From Eledone cirrhosa (Eukaryota): a stretch of DNA of 64,000 nucleotides. The position numbers were made by a program, and so were the translations under genes. The notes beneath the pieces are model-generated. The model was not told where the DNA came from. It did not search any database and saw only the letters and a list, made by a program, of their open reading frames with translations. The DNA is taken from contig OZ024743.1 of the NCBI GenBank assembly GCA_964016885.1, positions 244,652,001 through 244,716,000 on the forward strand, written 5' to 3'. Below, one piece after another: positions 1 through 13,894 of the stretch. Each line of letters starts with the position of its first letter. The first letter of the stretch is position 1.

Positions 1-475
1 CCATACAGCTCTGAGTTTTTCATCCTCAGTGTATACTGATTAATGTTCAGAGCCATCCTCAGCATCCTCGTGTAGCACCCATCCACCATCTGAGTGAGTT
101 TCTTGGTCAGTGTCCAAGTCTCAGACACATACAGCAGCACAGACTCCACTACAGCAATGAAGAGGCGGATTTTCAGGTCTTTACGAAGGTCCGACTTCCA
201 CACCGATCTCAAGCTGTGGCACGCCGCCCAGGCTTTGCTCTTCCTCTCAACCACATCATCTTCCGTATTCCCAATCTTTGCTCCCAAATACAGGAAGCTC
301 TCAACCAATTCTAGCGGCTTCCCGCCTACATTAGTGATCCCCTCTGGCTTCTCAACATTCTCTACCAAATATTTTGTTTTAGTCTCATTCATTCTCAGCC
401 CTATACTCATCGACACAGTCTCAACCCCAAGCATCAAATCCTCTGCCTCCTTCACTGTATTTGTCACCAAAACTA
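1..475 (-). mobile_element. RTE-like LINE reverse transcriptase C-terminal fragment
   Basis: Minus-strand translation gives FLYLGAKIG...LKIRLFIAVVESVLLYVSETWTLTKKLTQMVDGCYTRMLRMAL, typical of the RTE-type RT thumb region; runs off the window start. Confidence 0.75.
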
Positions 476-567
476 TGTATATATATATGAAGAATTAGAA
501 ATAGAAGCCAGGACCATCGATCATCAATGGTCTTGCAACAACACAGCACGACATTTTTCATTATATA

Positions 568-1393
568 TCTAATATATATTTGTGAAATGGGTGGTGGTTG
601 AAATTCAGATGTGCACAGTTAAATGGTAGTAGACGTCGTCGGACTGACATGGAAATTTTCACACCTATGTAAAAAGTGCCAAGGAAGCAAATAGACGAGG
701 TTTCAAATCTCTAACTTGAAAAATGTGGTCCCTAGGGACCCCAAACGGTCTATTTACTATCGCGTTCGGTGAGTTATTTCCCCCTGTTCTAATACTTGGC
801 TGAGTTATTTACAATTTCATACAAATTTTTAAACTCATCAACGTTCTTTCGCTGTTAACATACAGTACCAATAATTTGAAAGATATTATTGAAAGTTTAT
901 TATAAAGAAGCAGTTTCAGGAAAAAGAGTAAACTATCATACAAACCTTCATAATATGCATTTTTAAACTTGCATATCATCGACATTGCTATTTCGCTGTT
1001 AATAAACTATCATCCTTCTACATTTAACGATCATACAGTACCGTTTTATGAAATCGATTCTGCAGTACGGTCACTGTTTTCCATCAAAAAAAATAAAACC
1101 CTTAAATTGCGAAGAAGGGACGCGTGTTTTTATTTTAATTCTAATACATGTTAACCACCACTAACAGTAAGTAGTATTTTTCAAATTGCATATCATCGAC
1201 ATTGCTATTTCGCTGTTAATAAACAACGCTTTTCACGTCGCTCCACTTCTCATTGTACGCCGTCCAGCCCCAAGTGCATATTTCTATTTTTTTTTCCCTG
1301 AAACTGCTTCTTTATAATAAACTTTCAATAATATTTTTCAAATTATTAACTTAATAAAAAGTGGTCCCGGGTGCAACCGGGCTCAGCTGCTAG
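568..1393 (+). mobile_element. Non-autonomous Helitron-like element
   Basis: A|TC 5' start at 568; 3' hairpin CCCGG-gtgcaa-CCGGG (1366-1381) then CTAG|T (1390-1393). Internal inverted repeat ~871-925 / ~1293-1347 and direct repeat ~969-1007 / ~1186-1224. Confidence 0.6.
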
Positions 1394-1404
1394 TATATAT
1401 ATAA

Positions 1405-1922
1405 TTACAAAAAAGATAGATGGCATGACAGGCCTTGACTATTGGAGTCGATTAGAAAAGCTCAAACTTTATTCTCTCCAACGTCGCCGTGAGCGCTACA
1501 TTATCTGTATGACGTGGAAAATATTCCATCAGCTTAGCCCAAATGATGTTGGCATCCCATTTAGTGTACACCCAAGGTTTGGGCCCCGTGTTATCCGCCT
1601 ACGACAAAAATCTCACTCGCATCTCATAACAACAATACGCACAATTATTTCACCTCAATTGGCCCTGCACCCTTTGACATTGCACCAAGACACATCAAAG
1701 CAGAGACAGACCCCATCAAGTTCAAGAAGTCTTTGGATAAATTCCGTCAAGGAATCCCGGATAAGCCTCCTACACCCGGATATGCTTCTGTAAACAATAA
1801 CTCTCTGCTCGAGTGGACCATGGTGCCCAAACACTGATTTGTAAGACTTCGCCAGGTGGTGCTATTAAGTTAGACATGGCCTGGGCCAACACTGGCCGAA
1901 ACCTATCAAAGTTATCAAAGTT
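1405..1922 (+). mobile_element. CR1/L2-group LINE 3' end (frameshifted ORF2 C-terminus and tail)
   Basis: TKKIDGMTGLDYWSRLEKLKLYSLQRRRERYIICMTWKI, then in another frame FKKSLDKF...PDKPPTPGY...NNNSLLEW; ends in a short TATCAAAGT tandem tail. Confidence 0.75.
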
Positions 1923-1941
1923 ATATATATATATATATATA

Positions 1942-2155
1942 TTCAGTCTGTACTCTCTGAATTCAAATTGCAATGCGGTTAACTTTGCCCTTTTCCTTTA
2001 AAAAAAAAGTACCAGCTCAGTAATGATATCGATTCTGCCTCTGTATCGTTTTCTCTCTTCCTCTTTCTCAATCTCCTACACCAGGAGAGGAGGTGGCTTC
2101 CGCTTGGTTTAAAGTGTCCAAATGTCAATGACAGCACTCTTACAACTCGACCGCG
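1942..2155 (+). mobile_element. Degenerate tRNA-derived SINE copy
   Basis: B-box-like GAATTCAAAT, then TTAACTTTGCCCTTTTCCTTT...AAGTACCAG; 3' part resembles the reverse complement of 10465-10600. Confidence 0.45.
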
Positions 2156-2232
2156 TACACATACGTACACATGTACGCAAAACGCACACACACATACACA
2201 CGCGCACACACACACAGACACGCACACACATT

Positions 2233-2331
<99 letters not shown>

Positions 2332-2352
2332 ATTCCGGGTTCTAAAATCATC

Positions 2353-2399
2353 TTTCCTGGTGATTTCTCACGAATGAAACAGTTCTAGTCCTGTAGAAG
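2353..2399 (+). ncRNA. Degenerate type I hammerhead (same family as 15828, 16321, 45629)
   Basis: tttc-CTGGTGA-tttctcacgaat-GAAA-cag ttctagtc ctg-TA-gaag; one core substitution. Confidence 0.5.
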
Positions 2400-2572
2400 C
2401 CTTTTCTATATTATATATATATATATAATTCACATACTTATATATACAGCTATTTTCAGGCTGAGCCGGCCTGACAGCTCCATATGCAAATGAGGCTACC
2501 ATGTACATAGGCGAAAAAATTATATATTTTCGCCTGTTTCAAATTCCAGTCCAGAGCAGGATGGCGGAAGCG

Positions 2573-2612
2573 CTGTCCTGATGATGGTAGTAATCCCAAA
2601 ACGCGTCGACAG
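2573..2612 (+). ncRNA. Degenerate minimal type I hammerhead
   Basis: ctgtc-CTGATGA-tggtagtaatccc-AAAA-CGCG-TC-gacag: stem I ctgtc/gacag, palindromic stem III, GAAA mutated to AAAA. Confidence 0.5.
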
Positions 2613-3117
2613 TTATCCTTTATTGCTTCTTCTGGACTCTGCTAGATGGCGCTATGTCAGAGCGAAAACTTTTAATATATTTATATACATGGCTTATTCT
2701 CTATTTCTTTGCCATTAATATCACCGTCATTCTATTATTCCTTTATTCTTTTAGACCTGTTTTCTTTAGAATATGAAATATACGAAACAACTTTTGATAC
2801 CATTGATGGTGTCCTGATATGCTAAAAAGTAAAGTGAGATAACAAAGCAAACGACACAATACAATGAAGAAATATATTAGTTTAACGTTTGATATAGTAT
2901 GAAAAAAGTCTTTACCTTTCGGAGACTAGTCCTTTATCAGAAGATAGAATGAGAAATAAAAGATGAAATAGAAAGAGAGTTAAAAGAGGAAGGAACAGAA
3001 AAATATTTTTTGAGAAAAAAACATGTGCGTAGACAGTCAGCCATTTTGAAGAAACACACACACACATATGTGTGTATATATATATATATAGAGAGAGATA
3101 GATAGATAGATAGATAT

Positions 3118-3726
3118 ATTTCTTTATTAGCCACAGGGGCACAAAAGAAGGGGACAAATACAAAGGGGGAAGTTTACATACAATAAAAACGTGTAAAATG
3201 TTATCACAGATGGAATTTAAAAGTTAGTCGATTTTCCCCAATAGAGGGAGACAGTTTATATGGGTAACACAGACCCCCGAAAAAAATGTGCAACCCTCAT
3301 CTCCAGGAGTACGAAGAGCTTGTACTCCTTTCCTCTCCTCCTCCTTTTCCTCAACCTACAGGCTGATATAGAGAGAAGGCCCATTCACTCGGGCCATTCT
3401 CGCCACTTTCACCCACCTTTCATAAAACTTGCTGGGGTACAGCACCTCTCTCTCCATCCTGATTCTTCTTCCAAAGTGGTATTTGAAAAAAAGAATCAGT
3501 TGTTGGCCGGAGAGAAAGGTGTCTGACCTCAGCCCTTTCAACCTTGTCCACCATACAACCTCTTTCGCCATAGCTATCACACAAAGGAAAACCGCCTCTC
3601 CTTCGTTTTTGAAGGAGGGTGGCGGTTTGATCATGACAATGGACTCGGTGGTCAACTGGATTGGTCCCACCCGCGACAATAGTCGTTCTACATAGCCCCA
3701 CAGGTCAGTGACGCCCGGGCAGTGTA
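3118..3726 (-). mobile_element. Tx1/L1-like LINE 3' fragment within a (GATA)n tract
   Basis: [20 protein letters not shown]...AKEVVWWTRLK...KFYERW resembles the zf-RVT/C-terminal region; 3' UTR ends in AATAAA then (TATC)n; GATA repeats on both sides. Confidence 0.6.
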
Positions 3727-3727
3727 T

Positions 3728-3887
<160 letters not shown>

Positions 3888-4474
3888 TGTTTCTTTATTT
3901 ATAGATATAGATAGATAGATAGATAATCTAATTTTAACATGTATACGTACATACATACATACAGATTTATGCCTGCGATTATTGGACCACTGGGGTATAT
4001 TAGTAACTGCCTCAATACAAATCTTGAGAAGCTGAGCTCCACAGAAACAGAAAGAACACAACTAGTTAGAAAATTACAAGTACAATCCATTAATGAACAG
4101 TTAAAATATGTAAAACATTACAAAAGTTTTGCATCTAATAACTGCATATACACATGTACAGATACAAAGCGTATGCACATGTATGCATACAACTCAAAGC
4201 ATATACATCCAAATATACAATAACAGCCATACCTGCACATGCATACATGCAGACATACATACATATCTACCTAGTTGATATTGTGTAAATTCCAATGAGA
4301 GAGTCTTGTGTCTATGTTAGAAACCGACTCTCTCTCTATTAGCAAATATTTGTGAAATTATAAAACCAGAAGAACATACATACATACATACATACATACA
4401 TACATACATACATACATACATACATACATACATACATACATACATACATACATACATACATACATACATACATG

Positions 4475-4800
4475 ATGGTTGTAACTCGATACCATCGCTT
4501 GATACTTAAGCATGAGCATCATGGATGTGGCTTTTTAGTCCTGCTAGAGACTTGCCTATGGCCAGCAATGCCATGCATCATAAAAAATGTCATATATCAA
4601 GTGATGCCTGTGCTTGAAGCTTTTTTGAGTGAGGAAAGGCTTTACACGGGGCCAATCCCACTCCCTGAACATCGAATGCATTTACCCAAAAAGATGAACT
4701 GGTCTACGTCATTGGACGCAAACGAAGTCGCAGGTTTTATATCAAAGTGACTTTCTGCTAGAGAGATGTCTTACTGAAGACTAGGAGTCTCTCGCTCCAC
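4475..4800 (+). repeat. Interspersed repeat shared with 49470-49860 (inverted)
   Basis: Both copies translate to PVLEAFLSEE..TGPIPL; flanked by (CATA)n; family unassigned. Confidence 0.5.
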
Positions 4801-6284
4801 AAAAAAAATCTTTATTGGATGGTGGTTGATTCTCCTGAGCTCCTTCGCCCTTTGACGGGTCTTGTTTTTCATCCCACATGGTGTCCAAATTCACCCTCCT
4901 CACTAAGAAAGTTTGGTGGGGTTACCGGTTTAGTCACGACGCGACCATGTACATGTTGTACTGGGTTACATGTTACCAGTAGCGCTGAAGAGCGACCTGA
5001 CATCATACATATATACATACATACATACATACATACATACATACATACATACATACATACATACATACATACATACATACATACATTCATTCATGATGTA
5101 GAACCAGAAGCCACCCACTGCCTCAATAGAAAGTATGAATCGAGTAACAACAATACCCCCAGCACCACACTCGGATAATATAACGTTAAGATCAGTAAAC
5201 CAGACAATGTGACCGACGAAACAATCTGCCACCAACCCAGATGACAATAAAGAACACCAACAATGCATAATCAAATGTATTTATAAACACGCTCATATAC
5301 GAATGTTAGGCGGTCAATTTGGCAGAGTCGTCCAGATCTCTGCGTCTGACTTCAAATCCCAGAAAGTACCAGCTCTGTATTGATGCAGCCCTCTTTCCTT
5401 CCACCTATCACATCCTGGATGTTCCACTGGATCAAAAGAGTAGAGTAGAGATGGTGCTTGTGGTAAGGTGTAACTGTGTGAAAACATGAAACACTTAACG
5501 AAAGTATGGTACATAGTATCAAGTCTTATTAGATTGCGAGTGACGGCTGTAATTTAAATATATGTATGTGCTTGCATACAAAAATAAAAACTATGCAATC
5601 GTACACACATGCACATAGATGTTAACTACCAAAAGCAGACACAGCACAACCATAAAAATTACAATGACACAGCCTCATAATTCAATACAGATCTAAAAGA
5701 AGAAGGCCAGTAGCAAAAAAGCGGTGATTGAGGCGGTCACAGCTGAGTGGCGAAAAACTTTGACAAACCAACCATTAAACTTGAACCAATGCGTATATTT
5801 TTACTGGTAAAATTACCTTTCTAATTTACACATACATATACACGCACGCGCACAAACACACACACACACGCCCACATGCACACACGCCTGCACACACGCC
5901 TGCACACACACACATACAGATATATACAAGGGAAAGGGAATCAGTAACAAGGGTCCCATAAGTTCCACAGAATCCCGAGAGGGTCAAGGCAACACCACAA
6001 GTAAGGAACTAGCAAGGCAGGCACCCCAAGGACAACTGCAATGCAAAAAAAATATATATAAAGGAATGAGATGACATTATGTGTGTGTGAGTGTGTGTGT
6101 GTGCGCGCGCGCACGCGCGTGTGCATGCGTGTGTATGTATGAATATGAACGCATACATATGTATATGTGTATTATAAGTTTATGACTTAGCCCTGTATTA
6201 CTGAATGCTTTATACACTCGAAAAGTATGTCTGTTTTTCCAGATACTGCTGTTCTACCTAGTGAGTCGATTGTCATAAAGAAGA

Positions 6285-6332
6285 CTAAGTGTCATTGGAA
6301 GATATGCAAAGTTTGTTCCCATTCGTCAGTAG
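6285..6332 (-). ncRNA. Degenerate hammerhead downstream of the PLE ORF
   Basis: cta-CTGACGA-atgggaa...ttccaat-GACA-ct-tag, at the expected pLTR position 3' of the GIY-YIG remnant. Confidence 0.35.
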
Positions 6333-6469
6333 AAGCTATGTGATGGAGGCATTAGTTGGATGACTTTTAGGTGCTCTAACAACCTTTTGATCTTACTGAC
6401 TGGAGAACAAGTTTAACGCAGCATATACAAGTATTTTCTTTCGCTTTCATATGAGATGGTGTGCCATGC

Positions 6470-6616
6470 TTTCCAGCATAGTTACGTCCCTTTACGATCT
6501 GAGTTCAAATCCCGCCGAGGTTGACTTTGCCTTTCATCCTTACGGAGTCGATAAAATAAAGTACCAGTAATGCACTGGGTAATTGCTGGCCTTGTGCCTA
6601 AAGTAGAAACAGTTAT
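6470..6616 (+). mobile_element. tRNA-derived SINE (Meta-domain-like core)
   Basis: B box GAGTTCAAATCCC, then GCCTTTCATCCTTACGGAGTCGATAAAATAAAGTACCAG; many reverse-strand copies in the window. Confidence 0.7.
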
Positions 6617-6624
6617 CAACTTAT

Positions 6625-7420
6625 GGGCAAAATCATCTAATAGAGACCTACGTTGGTGACAGCAGCTTGAAAGTTCTGTCTTCTTGTTAAGAGATAAAAT
6701 CGGCTTTATAAAACGCGCAGCTTCTCAAAGAAACAAAAACGATAGTTACGCGCTTAAGGCGAATAAGGAAGTTATTTATTGAGTTCGAACCAGATTATAC
6801 TGAGCATGTCATTTCTCTTGTCCCAAGGGCCTTAAATAAAACGGGACAGGAAGGTAGAGTTTTCTTCTCCTTGTACCCAAAGTATTGTATATGGTAAATG
6901 AAACTTTTTGGGTGGTGCGATTTCCATGTAGTTCTGTGTAGTTCAGTGTAGTTTCGCAAAGTGAGTGTCAGCCTATAAACCATCTGTTAGAAAGACATAG
7001 TACTTTCTGTATACAAGTGGATTGAGCTGCAGACATTTTTCTGATATGTATAGCACATAGATGTATGCTATTCCTGTTTTAGTGCATGGTATTCGGAGTG
7101 ATGTTGTTGTAAACAGAAGTAAATACCTAAACATTATTCACATTTAAAAGCTAGTGGTATTTATGTGTGCTTTAGAAATGTCGTTTCGAAATGTCTGAGT
7201 TCGTAGAGACGTAAAGGTTAAACGAAGGATTGAACCAAGTTATTTCCATCTTCCCGCTTTTGATTGGCGACATGGAATCCTTCGTCTAGTCTACTTTAAC
7301 TTCTCATTAAAGCTACTGGTCGACATAAAGTGATGCAGCTCTGTCAAACACATTTCTATCTGTGAATAAATTGGAGATCCTTCTAAAAGAACTGGCTACA
7401 TATTTGTCATTTTAACTGCG
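6625..7420 (-). mobile_element. Decayed Penelope-like element (RT thumb/linker plus GIY-YIG endonuclease), probably Neptune-type
   Basis: Frameshifted motifs RRISNLFTDRNVFDRAA, ITWFNPSFN, MVYRLT...TTWKSHHPKSF and LSLNKKTELSSCCHQRRSLL match the PLE WFNPP linker and GIY-YIG C-terminus. Confidence 0.65.
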
Positions 7421-7460
7421 GTTACTTGAACTCTTATTGACTATATACAGTGACTGTGAT

Positions 7461-7552
<92 letters not shown>

Positions 7553-7779
7553 CATGTATGTGTATGTATATATACCATTTAAATTGTGTTGTTTACCAAT
7601 GAGTAGGACTAGTGTTTCCGGTTAGTAAACGATGATGCAATAAATTAAAGGACTCGACGCTATGCAAATCATCCAACGTAAATGTGGCATCCAGTGGCTG
7701 GTGCAGACGAAAGCGAGAGTATAAAGACGAAAAAATAACGGGAATAATATGTTGCCTATATAAGCATGTGCATATATGC

Positions 7780-7857
<78 letters not shown>

Positions 7858-8015
7858 GATGTCTCCGAAAAATGTATACACACTTTGATTAGAATGGTGT
7901 TGAATATGTATGTTGAATATGTATGTATGTATATACGTGCATACATTCACCCACATATACATACACAGAGGTATGCGTGTGTTAGTGCTTATGAATAACG
8001 AATCACACAGATGCT

Positions 8016-8177
<162 letters not shown>

Positions 8178-8384
8178 TCTCCGTTATGTAGAGAACAAAT
8201 CTGTTGTTCTATTTAGCTGCTATGTTTAGTGGTGAGGTAGACAACACGTCTATGTTTACTTCCGCTTATACTACGGACTGGTTCATGTACAGGTCAAATT
8301 TTCGGCCCCATTCGATCCTGTGCTAGCTGGCAGATGGCAATATATTTTGCCGTTCCTGGGACTTTTAGTCTTAGGAAAGGAAAA

Positions 8385-8468
8385 TGCTTTCTGATGAACT
8401 AAACTTTTCCATTGGAAGTCCCCATGGATCTCCAATTTTTTGTGAAGTGAAACCGATCGGTAAAAGCA
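8385..8468 (+). ncRNA. Type I hammerhead ribozyme with extended stem II
   Basis: tgcttt-CTGATGA-act...(hairpin)...agt-GAAA-CCGATCGG-TA-aaagca: 6-bp stem I, intact core, palindromic stem III, GUA cleavage triplet. Confidence 0.75.
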
Positions 8469-8548
8469 ATTGGAATAGGTAAATATTTAAATTATATTTT
8501 TTAATTTATTTTAAAAAATTGTTTGAATTTTGCTTGTTCTGCTTATCT

Positions 8549-8610
<62 letters not shown>

Positions 8611-8642
8611 GCACAAGGGGACACCTTGTATATACACACACA

Positions 8643-8722
<80 letters not shown>

Positions 8723-8746
8723 TGTTTGTGTGCGTGTTTATATATA

Positions 8747-8827
8747 CAGGGTGTCCCCCCAAAAATTTATACACACTTTGATTAGAATGCTGTTGAAATG
8801 TGTATACATTTTGGGGGACACACCCTG
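8747..8827. mobile_element. Tc1/mariner-type MITE
   Basis: Imperfect TIRs CAGGGTGTCCCCC..AAAA.TATACACA with TA flanks; the inverted repeat extends into the flanks (8717-8857). Partial ends of the same family at ~7855, ~8620 and ~45788. Confidence 0.7.
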
Positions 8828-8854
8828 TATATATAAACACGCACACAAACAAAC

Positions 8855-8956
<102 letters not shown>

Positions 8957-9104
8957 TCATATATATATATACATATGTGTATATATTCAAAGCGTCTGTG
9001 TGATTCGTTATTCACAAGAACTAACGCACGCACACCTCTGTGTATACGTATGTATATGTGGGTGTATGTACATACATACATACATACATATATACATACA
9101 TACA

Positions 9105-9139
<35 letters not shown>

Positions 9140-9384
9140 GTATGTACATACATACATATATATGTATGTATATACATACATACATACATACATATGTATG
9201 TATATACATACATACATACATACACACATGCATACATACATACATACATACATATGTACATACATATATACATACACACATACACACATGCATACATTCA
9301 TACATACATACATACATACATACATACATACATGCATGCATGCATGCATACATACATACATACATACATACATACATACATACA

Positions 9385-9415
<31 letters not shown>

Positions 9416-9789
9416 GTATATACATACATACATACATATGTATATACAAATAGACGATGCACACATGAAATCTTCAGTCTGAGACTTTGAGATAATAAAA
9501 CCAAGTAATTGGAATCAGTTTAATTTCATATGTAAAAATATCTTAAGTAGTCTTATTTTTCTAATCCCTGTTCTTAATTGCATAGTCTGTATTGGTTATT
9601 TCCCAAAATGTGCATTTCCTAATTATTTCCACCGAGTCAGCATTTTGAAAAAAAATTAGTGATAACTTCTCCCTGTAATTTAATCACTTATTATATAACT
9701 AAATAATCCCGTTTTATAGATTGGGATTATCTACTAGACTGCCTTGAACCTTTGAAGAAAGCGCTAAAAGGACCCAATAGTTTTAGCAG

Positions 9790-10135
9790 GGGCCGTGGTT
9801 ATGGATATCTCCCCTACCCGACTTCACTTTTGGCGGAGTCGTAGAGCCCCGTAGGGACATATGATGTGTCATGTACATTTTAAACCTGGCGTAGCCCATC
9901 CTTTTCCAGGCCTGAACACAGCTGATTGCTTCCAGAGAGAAAGAGGGGAGAGGAAACTGAAATAAAGGACTAATTGAACTTAGTATTGAAATGGTTCTTT
10001 ATTTATTGACCTCGAATAAGTGCAAGGAAATGTCGACCTAAGCAGGATTTGAAATCAAAGAGCAGAGAGCCGGGACAAATAACAAACTATTCTATCTGAC
10101 ATTCTAACGACTCAGACAATTCGCCACCTTTTTAG
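9790..10135 (-). mobile_element. Degenerate SINE copy
   Basis: Similar to 10465-10760 over both the tail and the tRNA/core parts. Confidence 0.5.
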
Positions 10136-10164
10136 CAGAGTCGGGTTCTTTATATTTTCATTCT

Positions 10165-10325
10165 TATACTGGCTTCAGTCATTAGACTGCAGCCATGCTA
10201 GGAGACCCCCTTAAAGAGATTTAGTCGATCATATCGATTCCCAGTACTTATTTTTACAAGTCTAGTACTTATATTATTGATCTCGTTTTGTGGAAGCACA
10301 AAGTTATGGGGCATAATCAGAGACA
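10165..10325. repeat. Interspersed repeat (probable SINE fragment)
   Basis: TTCAGTCATTAGACTGCAGCCATGCTAGGAG resembles a very abundant octopus repeat; recalled from memory, not searched. Confidence 0.4.
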
Positions 10326-10354
10326 CGGGCACACACACACACACACACACACTA

Positions 10355-10405
<51 letters not shown>

Positions 10406-10409
10406 ACTA

Positions 10410-10440
<31 letters not shown>

Positions 10441-10464
10441 TACACACACACTCACACATATGTA

Positions 10465-10760
10465 TGGTCCCGTTACTCCTGATAGAGTCGTAGGAGTACC
10501 GTACGCACATACGGCGTTTTGGGGGAATTTTAAGCCTGGCGGAGCCCATCCCTCTCCAGGCCTGAGTACAACAGATTTCTTGCAGAGAGAGGAAGAATCG
10601 ACCCCTGTACTAGACTGGTACTTTTTTTATCGACCTCGAAAGGATGAAAGGCAAAGTTGACCTCGGTGGGATTTGAACTCGGAGAGCAGAGAGCCGGAAC
10701 AAATACCATAAAACATTCTCTCCGACGTTCTAACGACTCTGTCAATTCGCCGCCTACACA
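10465..10760 (-). mobile_element. tRNA-derived SINE
   Basis: Reverse complement contains GAGTTCAAATCCCACCGAGGTCAACTTTGCCTTTCATCCTTTCGAGGTCGATAAAAAAAGTACCAG. Confidence 0.7.
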
Positions 10761-10817
10761 CTCACACATACACGCACATTTGTGTGTGCGAATTTGTATA
10801 TATATATATATATATAT

Positions 10818-10854
<37 letters not shown>

Positions 10855-11362
10855 AAATTCTGACCGCGGTGCCCAGCGGTTTCGGCTATATATAATGTGT
10901 TGGCGTATCTCAAGCAATATGTTTGTATATATAATGGATTTTGTAGTCGTAGTTGCGTGTTATGTAAGTTAGTGTTATGTAAGCAATAACGAAGGGAGAT
11001 GAGGTGAGACAGTGGAGAAAAGTGGTAAGGCGTGAGTGAAAAAGAGAGAGTGGTCTAAAATGGGCTGAAAGAAAGCAGAGTAAAATATACGAGATAAAAC
11101 AGTATACGCTTTATTGTTTGTTTAATTTGGTGAATATAGAGGTGTGTGTAATGGAGTGTAAGTGGAAAGTGATAGTTAGGATAAAATAAGTTGGAGGGGA
11201 GTTGATGGATGAAATGTAATGGGGTCATTAAAATTAAAATGGTGCCTTGAGCCAGCTTCGGTAAAATTCCGATCTCTATAAAACAAAGACGTCTTCTGGT
11301 TGATATTTAGCTCAATTTATTTCTTGATCTTAGAAAACCTATGATCAAATGCATTCCACTCA

Positions 11363-11516
<154 letters not shown>

Positions 11517-12805
11517 GTAGTGTGTCTGGAACCACATTATCCAGTGTTTTCTTCCTTTCCTGGAAAGTAAATTATACCACTTCAGCTATTACTGATTTCA
11601 TATTGACAACAGAAATAGTATTAGGAGGATGAAACCAGCACTGTGGGAGTAGCACACCCACCTCTATCTAAAGAGGATTGCAGCAGTATCCTGAACAACA
11701 ACAATAACAGCAACAACAGTAATGGTGACATGAACAACAACACAAAGTAAAGCATTCCTGTCAGTTACAACACCTACACAAACTGAAATACCTCTATCCG
11801 TTAAAATTCTAACATAAACTAAAACACCGGGACCAATTGCAACCACAAGGGCAACAAACTGAAATGCCTCTACCAGTTACAACAAAAACGAAGGAGACCC
11901 AGTAGATAATGTAATCCTTGATATATTATGCAAGAAAAAAATACAATATGGAGCATTGACCAAACGTGAAACGTCGACCCAATAAATTAAACAAGAGACA
12001 GACACGTAGATCAACAATGACCGTGAGAAAAATTACGAACCTCACAAAAAAGACAAAGCGAATGTCGAGATATAGGAAGACTCCCTCACAAAAGACTGGA
12101 GCGGTCCAACACAAAACTAACATACCTAACATACATATAAACAGACAACACAAAGCAACCAAAAACTCACTTAAACGCACCTGAAATCACAACAAAAACG
12201 CAACACATTAAACCGGAAGTACCCCCATTATCTTTATACTAAATTTCCCAAATCCATCTTTGCTTTACACAGTATAACAATGAAGAAAAAAATAACAAAC
12301 ATACCAAAAGCCGAATATATTATACTGTAAATACAAACATTCTAAGTAACCAATGTACGGTATTGAACCGTAACACAAAGACGTACTTAAATATAATACT
12401 AACCACCTAAAATATATTTACATATAATGAACACTTTACACTCCAAACCATAGAAATATGATAACGAAAGGGTCAAAGAAACATTTTCTCCGACATACGC
12501 AAACCAGAACAGCTTGGTATGGACCTATGATTTTAAGGAGGTCTGCTTTCCCCAAGTTCTAGCTCTTTTATTTTGTTATGTTACATGAAAGTACATCATG
12601 TACTCTACATCTACATGATATACAAGCAACTCGAACATAAAACGTGTGTATTTAGTACTGATTATTAAAACACTTAATGATCAATTTGAAATGGAGTCTA
12701 GTCTTAATGGACTTTAGTTTATTATCAGCTTTGATTACCTTCATATTATATCTGGCGGGGTCATTACCTGCTTTGCCCGAGCCTGTGCAAACAGCGTTCA
12801 AATAA

Positions 12806-12995
12806 TAATTGTTTCTACTTTTGGCACAAGGCTAGCAATTACCCAGTACATTACTGGTACTTTATTTTATCGACCCCGTAAGGATGAAACCAAAGTTAAC
12901 CTCGGCGAGATTTGAACTGAGAATGGCAAGGGCCGTAACTCTATGCGTCAAAGCATGGCGTCCGACCCTCTACCGATACTGCCAATCCACCACCC
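12806..12995 (-). mobile_element. tRNA-derived SINE
   Basis: Close reverse-complement match to 6470-6616 and near-identical to 28441-28620. Confidence 0.7.
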
Positions 12996-13125
12996 TTCAA
13001 ATAATAATAACACAAGAGTCCGATAAAAATCCTTAATTAGACCTCGATATGGTTTAACAGGTAATACGTTGGTAGAAATCTTATAACACACAGAATTACT
13101 CGTTTGTAAATAGAAACCGAAAATG

Positions 13126-13455
13126 AAGGCGCGTGGCGTAGTAGTTAACATATTTGACACACGATCATAAGATTGTGAGGTTGATTACAGGACCAGGTGG
13201 AACATTCTGTCCTTGAGCAAGACATTTTATTTCATGCTATTCCAGTGTACTCAGATGAGTTGCGACGACACTGGGACGAAGCGGTATCGTCATTTACCTT
13301 TCTCTTGGACAGCATTTATGTCGCGAAGAGGGGAGATTTGCATGCATGGACAACTTCTGGTCTTCCACAAAACACTCTACCCAAGCTTGTGCTTCGGAGA
13401 ATCAGTTATGGGTGCACAAACCATGGCCAGTCATGACCGAATGAGACACTTTCCT
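13126..13455 (+). mobile_element. tRNA-derived CORE/V-type SINE
   Basis: A-box-like TGGCGTAGTAG, decayed B box, then the TGTCCTTGAGCAAGACA core motif. Confidence 0.55.
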
Positions 13456-13841
13456 TTACCACAAACGACATTTGAGCCCAAATGGGATAAAAACGTAAGA
13501 ATCCCAGGCTCCAATAAAATTTCAAACATACATCTAAACCATTACCATCAGCCTAAATAACTTAATAATCTCACTAATATCTTGAAATACACATACCAAC
13601 ACTTCCAAACGTACAGAAACCGATAGTGGGCAAAATTATAAAAAATTCGAAAATACTTTCCAACTCACAGCATCGAGTCAAGCAACTGAAATCATCTCCC
13701 ATACTAATCATAAAACTTACATAAACAATACATGCCGACTTCAATAGCAAAACTAAATACACGTTCATAGTCTTAACTACCTTGAAGTCCTGAGTTCACC
13801 ACTCTGCGTACCATCTTCAGCAAACGTCTTGCTTATACGTT

Positions 13842-13894
<53 letters not shown>

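Noticed and set aside
5095-5480. Possible LINE APE endonuclease remnant
   Set aside because: Too degenerate to call.
6470-6520. tRNA gene
   Set aside because: B box only, no cloverleaf; continues into the SINE core.
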